Below, piece by piece: positions 12,675-25,302 of a stretch of 64,000 nucleotides of DNA (positions are counted from its first letter, which is position 1; the number at the start of each line of letters is the position of its first letter). Position numbers and translations under genes: made by a program. The notes under the pieces were generated by a model. The model saw only the letters and a list, made by a program, of their open reading frames with translations, searched no databases and was not told where the DNA came from. The DNA is from Leptogorgia sarmentosa (lineage: Eukaryota). The stretch is from the NCBI GenBank assembly GCA_964658305.1, contig OZ210885.1:1550001-1614000 (forward strand), read 5' to 3'.

Positions 12675-15600
12675 ATGCATTACAAACAAATGTGTTTGGC
12701 TATATCGTTTGTTTTGGTCTCATTGTCATTCGTTGTGTTATCGCTATTAGAAAAGAACGTCGTCTACACATACGCAACGTTTTACGGTAAGTGTATTGCC
12801 TTATCGTCCATCATGAAGCGAAGGAGATATCCTGTTTACACAACGCAAAAGATTCTGGATTCGTAATAACGTGTTTGGGATGATTTGGTATCGGTTACTA
12901 TTGTATTTGTAATGCCGTTTACACTACAGAGCATGATCATATCCGATACAAAAATAACCCCGATAGAGTTAGAGTGTGAATCCGAGAGCAACACTCGTCT
13001 ATAGCCTCAACGCTTTCCAGAAGAATCTTAATGAATTATATAGTTACTTGTACAGTTTCAATCCGCCAAATCGTCGAATTCGTTCTTTGTTCTCAATACG
13101 TGATCCGTACGCCTGAAAAACAGAAGAATCCATTTCACGAATCCGGAATCTTCAGCCTTGGTGTGAATGGGTTGTAGCTATATGTCTATGCGGGATAAAT
13201 CAATCACGGCTATAATCATCGCCAGGATGCACTTACGCAGCCTCGACGATCTCCTGTGGAGAATCCCAGTTATGAAATCATCTTTCTTTTAGCCAGTCTG
13301 TCGTATTTATCATCTCGTGTTAGTCACACGACTCGTCCGACGATGCGGACGTCTCTGCGTAAAGCTGATGTTACACTGGACGATTGTCGACGACGATTCG
13401 CAATGGAATGAAGTTGCACGAGATTTTGACTGGTTTGGCAGCCCGTTGCGATGCGAATTGTCGTTGAAAATCATTCCGTATAACATCAGCTTGAGGGGTG
13501 GATGGAAGATGATTTATAACACATCTTTTTCACGTGCTTTCACGTACCTGAATGAAATGAAATTACACAGTTCAAGAAGTATCAACGAAGAATTGCGCTC
13601 GTGTCTTGCGAAATATACCAAGGAATGAGAAGCGCGAATGGTATTGCACAAACACCGAAACACATGTGTGCAATTTTCATTGATACTTCGAGAACAAATT
13701 TCCTATTAATAGCTGATTTTTAATACCATGTTCAAAATTGGCAATGAATGCCGGATAAAGTGTGTTCCGAAAAAAATGTCACTAACAAAATAGGGAAACA
13801 AGAAATTCGCAGTGTTGTAATGACTTGTAAGCATCAGCTGCTTGGCAAAACAAAGGTTTTTATTCATGTGTCGCGAATACTAAAATCTCAGGTGAAGCAG
13901 AAACTCGGAAATGTAGCTTTTTTTTCATGCCAACATATTTTCTATCAATTTTTCAACGATTTTCATTTTTCCAAAATTCCGTAATAACGTTGCTACATTT
14001 TTATAAAGTGGGAAATTTAGAAAAACATTAATAGCGTCAAAATCAGACCCATAACTCTAAATTCAGAAGGCGATATTTCTGTGTTGTGGCTATGAATGTT
14101 CATCAAATCAATAGCAAACAAAATATCCTTAAAACATTTCACATTGAAATAAAAGTATAAAACGGCAATGACTATCTTTCAATTTTCATTGGAGTGACAC
14201 TGATTTTTTCACACACTCTTTCTAATTGTTTTAGCTGTTTTAAAATTCTACTCATGCGCGCATGCAGCTGCGAGCCGTGAGGTAAAAAAAATATTTACAC
14301 ATGCGCATGCTGTGTAATTAATGTATAATTCTTGTATTGTATACCTTTTGACAATCAAATCAGCATCAAAGGAATCACAATGATATTTAATTATATGAGC
14401 GGTATTTTGCCAACATAAGAGCAAATTTTATAATTTTCAATATAGTATACTTCGAGAAAGAGAGAAATTTTTCTATTAACATCATTGTAATACATATTCA
14501 GTAAACATTCAGAAATTTCCATAATTACATTGGCTGCGGCCGCAAACTTTTTAACGAAGACCCTCAGGCAATACTTTCCCGTACAGTCCTCGCACTCGTT
14601 TAATAAGTCCTTAATATTAAAAAGTCTCCTCATTCTTAGGATATAACAGAGTCGAAAAGCAAGAGGAAAATAAATTTCTTCAAAAAACGTCGACTTCTGA
14701 GAAAATGCTTTGTCGTTCGTTACCAGAATATTACAATCACAAAAACCTTAATCTGAATCCAAAAACTGTGAACGATGTCGAGACGATGCTGATTTTCATT
14801 GGCTATCCAAGAAGTGGACACTCCCTGATTGGTTCGTTACTTGATGCACATCCAAATGTTGTCATAGCAAATGAATATGATATTTTAAGCAGTTGGGAGA
14901 ACTACACAACAAAGCACCGTAATAAACAATATTTATTTGAACAACTGTATACAAATAGTTATGTCGAGGCTCATGAAGGTGACAGATCTTCCAAAGATTG
15001 TGTTCCAAAGACAAAATATAAATATTTGATTCCCAATCAATGGCAGGGAAAATTCGATGGGAAAATTAAGGTTAGTGTCCCCTGCATAGCCTGAGTGTGT
15101 TGTGTTATATGATGCAGTTGGTGAATGAATGCTCGCTGTTGACTCTCCTTCCGTCGCTGTTCAGGGGTCGACGTAGGAAGCGGAGGAGCCACGGGCCCCC
15201 TCTCCCCAATGTTCACATCGTGGGCCGCTCCCCCTCGAAAAAAATCATGGATTTCAAAAAAAAATATTAAAGCCACACCTTAGTCAACAATTAGTCAACT
15301 TAGTCTTTGTATACCCAAAGAAGCCAATTAAAAACTCGAGTTTGGACTAAACAAAATTTTCTCGCTCGGCGCAAACCATGGTGGTGGCGACTGGTAAGGT
15401 TCGCCCCCTCCCCCCAATGTTGAAAACGTTCCTACGTCCCTGAAATAGGCCACCATTTCATGTGAAGCGCTGGTGCCAGAATTCAAATTTGAATGCCCTG
15501 ATGAGCGCATGCAGGTCAAATAAAGATCATAAAGAACAAGTGTTACAATGCCTGCTGAAATTCTAAGCTATAAATGTTTTAAAGGCTATTGTGCGTTTGC

Positions 15601-17435
15601 TATAACTGCTAGCTAGCATGGGCGTACGGGCCGGGGGGGGGGCACGGGGGGGCCTGTGCCCCCCCAAACCGTTCACGGTCGGGCAATTAAGCTCGAATCG
15701 TTCGGGCAAACATAACTCTATCATAGTTGATAGAATATTAACTTTATAAGACAATATAACATCAACAATACGATGAAAATCATTATCCTCTAAAACATCC
15801 TATAAGAAGTATTCTAATTCCAAAGCTCAAGTATTTCAGATCGAATATGTATTACATAACGAAAGAGGTATAATATGACACCTTTAAAATGTCATTTCCG
15901 ACGATCTAGAGACCCAAAATTTTTAAAATTTTCTCGCTCGGCGCCAACCATGGTGGCGCCTCGTGAGCTTCGTCCCCTCCTTATCTGTCAGCCTCCCCCC
16001 CCCTCCCCCCCCACTTCAAATGTCGTTCCACAGGTCCTGTCGGGCAAACAATAATGTGCCCCCCCAAGCAAGATAGGGCCCGTACGCCCATGCTAGCTAG
16101 GGATTCAGCCTCGGTTTCCTTTTCACTGGTCAACATATTTTGTGGGCACAGTATAAAAGATACAGTAGTCCAACTCATTGTTTTTTTGTAAGCTGTATTC
16201 GTCACTCAGCAAGTGCCCTAAACAGAAGCAGTCACCCCCCTGACATTTGAGTATTGCCATTTGAGTTGGATTACTGTATCTTTTATACTGTGGTGTGGGC
16301 TTGCCGGAAGGATATTGATAAGTAAGTGATCCATATATATTTTAGGTTATTGGTGACAAAAAGGGCGGCAAAACCACGGCATTGTTTCAACGTTCCCGAA
16401 AATACTGGCAAATTTTTGGAGAAATACTGCAAGAAGTAAATGTCCCCATCAAGTTTATCCATGTCGTCCGTAACCCATTTGACAACATTGCGACGATGTT
16501 GCTGCGCAAGGAGTTTGGAAATCATTTGAATTGGACGAACGTTTTTGAATCACCTGTAAGTATGAATTTTGTACCGGATACAGTATATAATATTGGAATA
16601 CAGTTTTTTTGCAAAACCGTGCTTTATTGATTTTTGGTCGCGCCGATTTTGCGCTGTTGAGGGACTGGGAATAGGCTACGAAATATAGTACGACTACAAG
16701 ATAGTATTTAGTTGGAAGAAAAAATTTCCCATCCCAATAAAAATGGCTGAACCTTACATGAGATTTGTGGCTTAAAAGTGGTACATTATGCAACAAATCC
16801 AACAGGAAATGGCAGTGGGATTGACGTTTGAAAAAAATATGTGTAATCTCAGCAACAAACTTCAACACACGGCCAGTATTAGGTAGCGAATAAACATAAC
16901 AACATCAACAAGCAGCAAAGTCTTACCATGGGCAACCCAAAGATATGTGATATGAACTCGCCCCATTCCTCTTCCATTAAACGCGCGCCGCATTTTTAAA
17001 ACATTTCTACTTCATTTGTATCGAATTTGTTACATCTGTCCCAACATTCTCATAAAAATAATTGTAGATCCGTTACCTCGGTTTTGAATTTAATTTCTTT
17101 TTAATATATAGATCCATGTACGTAACGAAACGTTTTTTAACTGCATTAAATATCGCATGAAGATGGCGTGGACCAACGTTAATCTCATCCGAAAATTTCG
17201 TGATAGAGTGCACACAGTAAAGAGTGAAGATATGGTCAAAAATCCAGAAATTCAACTGCGAAAAATATGTGAATTTCTGAATATAAAATGTTCAAAAAAA
17301 TACATAACTGATTGTATCAGTACTATCAACAGTGAAATATCAAGATCAAGAAACGGTATTGTTTGGGACAAGGACGTCAAAGATTTTTTAGTTTATCATA
17401 TGGAACAAATCCCTTTTTATAGGGATTATTTATAA
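12675..17435 (+). CDS. Type II membrane (Golgi-type) PAPS-dependent sulfotransferase, 4 coding exons
   Basis: Exons 12675-12786, 14640-15070, 16346-16555, 17112-17435 join in phase (1,0,0). N-terminal TM anchor CLAISFVLVSLSFVVLSLL. 5'-PSB loop FIGYPRSGHSL. 3'-PB motif FIHVVRNPFDNIAT. C-terminal EDMVKNPEIQLRKICEFL. Confidence 0.85.
13565..13712. repeat. Long imperfect hairpin, probable end of a hairpin-type non-autonomous element
   Basis: gaagtatcaacgaagaattgcgctcgtgt ... acacatgtgtgcaattttcattgatacttc inverted arms in sulfotransferase intron 1. Confidence 0.45.
15162..15442. mobile_element. Degenerate hAT-like MITE
   Basis: Ends cagggg..gacgtaggaa / ttcctacgtccctg with GC-rich subtermini. 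No clear TSD. Confidence 0.5.
15617..16092. mobile_element. hAT-like MITE with 8-bp TSD
   Basis: TIR catgggcgtacgggc / gcccgtacgcccatg, flanked on both sides by ctagctag (15609-15616, 16093-16100). Confidence 0.85.
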
Positions 17436-18250
17436 ATTTGATGAGAAATTATCGTTTATTGGGTGTATCAAAAAATTTCGAAAATGTTGTTCTGGAATAA
17501 TTAGCTTTTCGCATGCTTGTACCTAATTTGCATGTGTAAAATTGTGTAATTTGGCTTGGAGAAAGCAGATTACATACTCCGCCATGCGTAGCCGAACGGA
17601 GTCTTAAAATGCCCCTGTCTTCGTCTCTTGTCAGTGTCCGAAGACGGGCTCGCTGTGTACATTTGGTGACATTTAGGTACATCTTAGTCAATTTTGATAC
17701 TTTCATGTGCAGTACTTCTGGGTACATTTCGGTACACTTGAAACGCATGTTATCTTATCATAAGAAATGCATGTAATGTTTGATAGAGGCTGTGCCCAGC
17801 CCATTGTACTTTGGTTTCTCTAAATAAAATTCCATCGCTAACATCCTCGTGCTTGAGCATTTCACAAAGGTAGTTTCATTGGGTGGTAAGGTTCCCCCAC
17901 CCTTGGCTACGCCACTGTGGCGCATCTGTATTCAGTTCGCCACTCGACTATTAATACTATCTAATGCATGTGCCCACATGTGCCTCATTTTGCTACAAAA
18001 AACATGGCGGAGTTAACATGCACCTGAGTAGGCGTAATGTTATTCTAAAAAAGAACGTTTGCGCGACGTAAAAATTGAAATTGATTTTAACATTAGTTTC
18101 TATACAATCACATTAAATAAATGTAAAGCTTCTCATACTTTGAATGATGTAGTATGTGTTTCTAAATATATTTTATTAATAAAATGAAACAGAGAGGGAT
18201 TTAGGCTTTTACGTGCGTACACGTACGTGTAATGGAAGCAGCCTAAGCTT

Positions 18251-18449
18251 AGGCTAGGTCTACACGCTACGATTTGTCAGGGACGATTCGCATTCTGGCG
18301 TATGTATAATCGAGTGAACACGAGCGAGAAAGTCACGGTTCAAATCACGGTTCAATCTTAACGAAGCCGAATGATGGCGTAAGTATTATTTTTCATACGC
18401 CATAATACGAATCGTGCCCGACAAATCGTAGCGTGTATAAACGTACCTT
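18251..18449. mobile_element. Palindromic MITE (Harbinger-like); related inverted copy at ~24101-24300
   Basis: tacacgctacgatttgtcagggacgattcg / cgaatcgtgcccgacaaatcgtagcgtgta. The internal sequence recurs reversed in UBE2M intron 1. Confidence 0.6.
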
Positions 18450-19032
18450 AACAAACAATTTTCCTGATATTCCAGACAAAATGTAAAAGTTTAACATTGA
18501 AGATCATCAATGACAGTGAAACTATTTAGTGCTTGAATTGAAATTCACACTATTACGACATCTGTGAGACTATAGTGAAAGCGCTATGAAATTATGGCTC
18601 TTTCAACTTTAGGCTACATGGGCTGCACAACCAGCCCCTCAGAAAACAAATTGCACACGAGTAATCAGGCAGCTTTAGCAAACACGACGCCATGACATGC
18701 CCATTTACGGATGTGCGCACGCCATTTTCATGCCATTTTTAGCTCCGCTTTGACGTAGCGTTGTGTTGGCTAAAGCTGTCTATTAACTGGAACTGTGTTA
18801 ACAACACGTTCGTTTAACAAAATTGAAATTGCTGCATTTGAATTTGATGACCACTTGAGATGTTCACGGAGCGATCTCGACGTTTGCAGTTCCGTAGCAT
18901 TCTTCATTCTGTACAGTTATTAGTAAGAAAACTGTCCCCCACCCTTTCCCCGATACATTTCCTTCTTCTTATACTATTCTAACTGTACATTCATGCAATA
19001 TTACGATGCCATTGGTTTATTTTACATTTCGC

Positions 19033-22000
19033 TTATCGTCCAAGGCATCTTTCAAAGTATACACCGTTCACATATCCCCCTCTCATTGCTTTATTCACAT
19101 TCTGTTCGAACAACCTTCTGTTTGACCGTAATACTTCTGCAGCATCTACAATGATGAGAGAGCGTTTTGAAGCATTAGTCTTGAATGCGATTCCATGATC
19201 TTTGGTTAAAGATCATCGAAATGATCTTTGATTATATCATGGATGAAAACTACACCTTTCAAACTACACCATGCAAACTACACCATGCAAACTACACCAT
19301 GCAAACTACACCATGCAAACTACATAATGCAAACTACACCATGCAAACTACATAATGCAAACTACACCATGCAAACTACACCATGAAATCTGCACAATGC
19401 AAACTACACCATGCAAACTACATAATGCAAACTACACCATGCAAACTACACCATGCAAACTACATAATGCAAACTACACCATGCAAACTACACCATGCAA
19501 ACTGCACCATGAAATCTGCACAATGCAAACTACACCATGCAAACTACATAATGCAAACTACACCATGCAAACTACATAATGCAAACTACACCATGCAAAC
19601 TACACCATGAAATCTGCACAATGCAAACTACACCATGCAAACTACATAATGCAAACTACACCATGCAAACTACACCATGCAAACTACATAATGCAAACTA
19701 CACCATGCAAACTACACCGTGAAATCTGCACAATGCAAACTACACCATGCAAACTACACCATGCAAACTACATAAAGCAAACTACATAATGCAAACTACA
19801 CCATGCAAACTACATAAAGCAAACTACACCATGCAAACTACATAATGCAAACTACACCATGCAAACTACACCATGAAATCTGCACAATGCAAACTACCTT
19901 TATTAAGAGGATCATCTGGATTAGGTTCCTGTGAAAAAAAAAACAAAAAAAAACCAGATGAGAACTACTAATAATTATTCTTCATCAATATATTCAAATT
20001 CATTTTTGTTCGCGATCCAATTAGTCAAAGTTAAAGGATAATTGACGCACATCGCAAGCCTAAAAAAACTCTGGGGGCTAACTCTAACGCAAAACGTGAC
20101 GACAACATTACCCTGCCATCCCAGTGCAAATATTGATCTAAACGCAAACCCTAACCGCCACTTTAGCTCTGACGCTAACATAAATCTCGAGTTTATAAAT
20201 ACAGTATGTTACTATACCAGAAAGAGATATTGGAGACCGTAAATTATTGAGTTTATCGTTAACACTGGCTTCCAGTCTTCTCTGAAACACAAAAACAAAA
20301 ATTTTGTAAAACGAGAAGAATGAAGTATGGCAAAGTCTGTCATATAGCTAGTATGTTATAACACAATTTCAATATGTGGTTGTGGGGGATACAACGTCAA
20401 CAGTTAATATTCCGACAAAGGGCCTTCCATCATCGAATCTTTTTGTATCGTTGCGGTAGCAACCATTGTTGTTTATTGACAATATTATGTACTACACCGC
20501 AGTGGTAACGCCGAGCCAAGCGCAAAGCAGTAGAAGGAGATGGCAAAAAAAAAACACGGCTAAAAAATAGGAGTAAAACCCGTTCTCCACTTGGCGACCG
20601 TTTTGGCGCGAAAAACTAAAAAGTGAATGTGATTGGGTGGTGATGTCGTCAGTGTTTGTCGCCAGCCAATCAAGTTGCTTTTTTCTCTGTTCGCGCGAAC
20701 AAAATCGCCTAGTGGAAACTGCGGCAAGCACTTGAAAAGCACTTGAGGAAACGGTTGAAGATTTTGCTAAGGGATACCAACACGAAATCTATAATATTAG
20801 ATCAATCTAAACTCTCGTAGTTTTGTTTACATTTTTTCCCACAATACTATCTACAGTATAGTTTGAATTTCAAAACAATTGCCTAATTATATGGATAAAT
20901 AAAACAGAGCAAAGGTACCTTAAAATGTTTAAGCAAATGTTTCCTTCAAGATCAATGTTGGGATGATAGACCTGAATAAAAGAAAATCCATAGAGTGTTC
21001 AAAGAAAACGAAGAACTATGTAATGAAAATTTTGCGAAATGCTGTCAAACGCGAGGATGAGTGCAAGTAAATTTCGCTGCGTTAACATGAGACTGGGACA
21101 GAGTCGAGCAGAAACGAATATCAAAATTTAAAAGTTCCCAAAAATTTAATGAACAAAAACGCAAACCTTCGTTTCACATTTTACTTTGGGAGCATCGTGA
21201 GGATAACCTTGTCCAACCTGAAAGATGTAATAGAATGTTTCAACCAATGTTTATACTTCAAGTACCACGTACTGTAGCTACAGGGAGCGGATAATAATCA
21301 CATCTGGCATCTTACTACTTTAACGAGAGATCAAAATTCGACGTTTTGAGTGAAGAAGAACTTCCTAATGTGGACGCTTGGTTCGCTCAAAAGCTGGATT
21401 TTGTCTTACCGTTCAAGGAACGAGTTGAATTTTTGATGTATCTTAATATTTCACAATACACTTCAAATCTTCAATGTATATGCAGCCAGTCTACATTATC
21501 TGAATTTACAGACTATAATTTAATAGTGTTAGTTGGAAAGTTATACCTTAAAACTGAAGTCAAAATGACCATTCCTATAAAATCCCTGGAACGAAAAAGT
21601 AGAGCATTAAAACAAAAATATTAGAATCTCCAATATGTAGGTATAGTGTAGGTAAAGCAGTACTAAAGTCTAAACTTAATATTTTATATCAATCCGACAT
21701 TGCAGAGTACAATACAAATTTCTTATGAGTACGTGTGTGTATAGCTATTCTCGCGACCTTGGAGAAGATCTACTACCTCGTCTACCTGCATGCCTACACT
21801 AAACAATAAGATTCGCGTAGCTAAACTTCCAGCAAAGGACCTTCGTTTGAAGAATTACAGTGGAAATTTTCTTGCTTGTCGATGTTCCTTATTATTGTAG
21901 TTATTATTTAACACATACCTCGTCAGGAGCAATAACCAATTTAAAATTCAACAAATCATCTGGATCTGGAAATTCAATCTTACATGTCTTTGGTAAGCTA

Positions 22001-24823
22001 AGGTCATTAATATCTGAAAATAAAATTAACATTTAATGTCATCAAATACCTTAAACCACAATACAATTTACCAGGTGGGACTCAAAGCATTAATGTCAAT
22101 TGTCATAAAAGAGGGCAATTGGACCCCCTGGACCCTCCTGTTGCCCCTCATTTCTTGCACCCTTTAACACGTTTATTAATTAATATACAGTAATGTCACC
22201 AATACCATATGCGTTTCTGCCGTTTCATGATCATAAATTATCACAGGTAAATTTATCAATTAGAATAATTGACACACTAAAACATTTGTATCAGGGTATA
22301 ATGTATACATACTGCAGGAAGCGTTTTACTCAATACCTACACAATACAATAAAATTTGTACCTGCTATATACAGTGTGTATCAACATAATTTGAATCCAA
22401 ATTTGGAATGTAATAATGTAAAATATATGTGACAAATTCAGTTGGTTGTTACACCATTGTTCAATTTTATGCCAATTTCATTTGTTTGCCTTTCAAATGA
22501 CATGTTGTACGTTGTCATTTTGTTGGGAAATTAAGGAATATTGCTTTGACAAAAGAACGGAAATTTCATTTTTGAAAGTTATTCCGACAAGGCTTCAAAA
22601 TGCAAATCCTTACTGGATTAGAAACTAGAATGAAAATTGGTATAACAGTTTGCTGATTAATTAAATTTGCATTATCTTTTGTCTGTATGTCTTCGATTTC
22701 AAGCAAGCATTTCCAACAGGCAATTACTCAGTCATTTTTGGCCCCATTGATCGATATAACTGCAAACCTAATAGGCAAAATTTTTTCTTTGTCAGTGTTT
22801 TATAAACAGTAGTGTCTCAAAGTTGGATTCGAATTATTCTGATACACACTGCATACATAGTCATTATCCAATATCATGCTGTCATTGTAACATTGCTGGA
22901 GAAAAACCAAATTTGGTCTTATAGACCCAATACTGAAACAGACAATTATTTTGTTAAATTAGTAATTGTGGATACAAATTTATTCTAATTGACCAGATTT
23001 GTTACCACAAGACTAATTACTTATACTGACAAGTTGTTTATTTCAAATAATTTACATATAAAATTGTTTTGCACCATTTACAATAATTTGTAAAAGTTAT
23101 GTTTATTTTGTAAGTTAATAATTCTTGGGATTCTGCCAAATTTCTGTATTGTTGTCCTTAAATAGGTATTTCTGTATTGTTATCCTTGAATAGTTATTTT
23201 TGTATTGTTCGCTTTAAGAGTGAATTTGAAGCAAAGAGCAAAATTCAACATGATTTCATAAGATTTGTTCCTTTTCATACAGAAATACAAGCATGGTAAT
23301 GCCAATTTAATAGACCCTGGCCCATTGCCAGACAATTTTAATAGATCAAGGGTAATGATTACTCAGTGAAAGTAGTTCTGAATTCAAAATATAATGGTGT
23401 TCTGGCCAAATCAGCCTTGGTGTTTTCAGACTCAAAAATTAATAACTGTCAGCCAATGAGTAAGACCATCATCTTTACCACAAATGCTGCATGCAATATT
23501 GTTGTACAACGAGTTTGTAAGCCAGTTTTTCATTACGAAGCTCATTATTTTGTGTGACATACAGGGGTAGAATTAGAAATATATCTAGAATTTAATAGTT
23601 AATCTTAGATACATTATCATATTTTACATGAAGTTAGGTGTAATTTTTTTCAATCAGTATTTATCCACAGGTGCATAATTTGATAATTATAATTTAGGTG
23701 GTCAACAGTTTATCCGCTTCATTAAAACCATTGAATGCTTACATCACTAAACCTCCCCCTCCCACCCTTTATTATAATTAAACCATCAAACCCTATTTTT
23801 AAGAGCCAGGGATTGTAGTATTAAAGGTCACATGCCATTATTATGATTCAAAATCTTATTCATCTAGGAAGACTGAAGCTGGCAGATGGCTATTGAGAAA
23901 GCAATAAAATAGAACATTGGATAACTGTCCAAGATTGACATGCTGGAACCTTCTGCATAAATAAATGGCTTCAAATATTTGGATAAGTTAGGCAAAGTAG
24001 GGATTTATCCGACGTTGTCTCAGGGAGAGATACTGTACATGAATACTACAAATCAACCATCATACTATAATTCTACACTTGCACCACATAGCCTGAGTGA
24101 AGGTATGTTTACACACTGTGATTTGTCAGGCACGATTCGTATTCTGGCATATGTGTAATAAATAACTGCTTACTCCATCATTCGCCTTCGTTAATATTGA
24201 ACCATAATTTCAAATGTGACTTTCTTGTGCGTGTTCACTCGATTACATACACCAGAATGCGAATCATGCCCGACAAATTGCAGCATGTAAAAATAGCTTG
24301 AGCCATCGATGATACTGGGAGGTGAAGTTTAATCCTTGGTTAAATGAGTGTGATCTACTGTATTTGCACAAATCAAATGATAGTACTAAGTTCATCATTT
24401 TATCAATCATTCAGACTTGTGATTTACGAATGGCCTCTCTCAAAGAGGTAACCGTTACCACTTTTAAGTCAATCGGTTTAATTTTGAGTCGAGAAAAAAT
24501 ATTTTTACAGTACGAATTAAAATGTATATATACAATATGCCAAATGATTTATCTATATAAATAGTTAAACAACATTGCCTTCTATACAAACCGCTGAATA
24601 CGACGTTTGAAAAGGATTACCACCATAAAAACGTTTTCATGCATGAGATATTAACTGTCGACCAACAATGCGTCAATTCTGCGAACGGAAGCAGAAATCT
24701 ATTGAATGAAATACACTAACCTTTGGTGATTCTCAACTGTGCTGCCGAAGCTCTTTTTGCCCCGCTACTCTTCGAAGATTCTCCTTCCTTTTTCTGTTGT
24801 TTTAATGAGAATAGTTTTATCAT
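19033..24823 (-). CDS. UBE2M: NEDD8-conjugating enzyme Ubc12 (8 exons, 182 aa)
   Basis: Exons 24721-24823, 21919-22013, 21547-21585, 21167-21217, 20919-20971, 20218-20281, 19898-19928, 19033-19145 total 549 nt, all GT-AG. Translation [93 protein letters not shown] matches UBE2M throughout. Missed by the ORF track. Confidence 0.97.
19243..19897. repeat. 14-bp minisatellite (~47 units) in the last UBE2M intron
   Basis: Units atgcaaactacacc / atgcaaactacata / atgaaatctgcaca interspersed. Confidence 0.95.
22550..23010 (+). pseudogene. Decayed unprocessed duplicate of RPL39 inside UBE2M intron 1
   Basis: QNANPYWIR (~22596-22622) resembles [10 protein letters not shown]. tatcatgct..tggagaaaaaccaaatttggtcttatag (22872-22924) resembles RPL39 exon 3. 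Downstream aaacagacaa..taattgtggatacaaattt..agatttgttaccacaa matches the RPL39 3' UTR. Confidence 0.7.
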
Positions 24824-25302
24824 GTCTTTACTTGAAAACAGAAACACTTTAGTTGAAAACTAGCAAAAATATTTACTGAAAATACAACATAAATTCCCCT
24901 CAACTTGCCAAAATATTATCCTAATTTTTATTCTGATGATACTCCGCTGGCCTAACACATTCACATTGCGGACGCCTTTGCCACTGACCTCAAGTTTTAT
25001 CCGGAATGCTATTCGATACAAATAAACAAAATTTTGCTTGTAAGTTTGTTATCAACTAACTATACTAATTGAAGGTTGCTAGCATTTCGGTCTTTTAAAA
25101 ATTTCAAAAACTATGAAAAAAATATGAGATAATGTAAAAAATAATCTCAAAAGTTGTTTAATTTGGTATATTCAAATTGTAATAAATTTCGAGCCCACGA
25201 TTCTCAGCGGAAACTACTCAGTCTCAGTCCTTTGTTATCAGAATGACGCGCGGCCAAATTCTTTTCAAATTTACCTTTTGGATCCAAAGTTCTGTTCCAA
25301 AA
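24824..25302. promoter_or_regulatory. Probable bidirectional promoter UBE2M / RPL39
   Basis: Only 479 bp between divergent ATGs. Pyrimidine tracts (ttcttttc, tacctttt) just upstream of the RPL39 ATG, as expected for a TCT/5'TOP start. Confidence 0.6.

Noticed and set aside
19355..19789. Repetitive ORFs [10 protein letters not shown]..
   Set aside because: Translations of the 14-bp minisatellite inside a UBE2M intron, with no splice or protein evidence.
19243..19897. CRISPR-like array
   Set aside because: Contiguous tandem units with no unique spacers, no cas genes, and a eukaryotic context.
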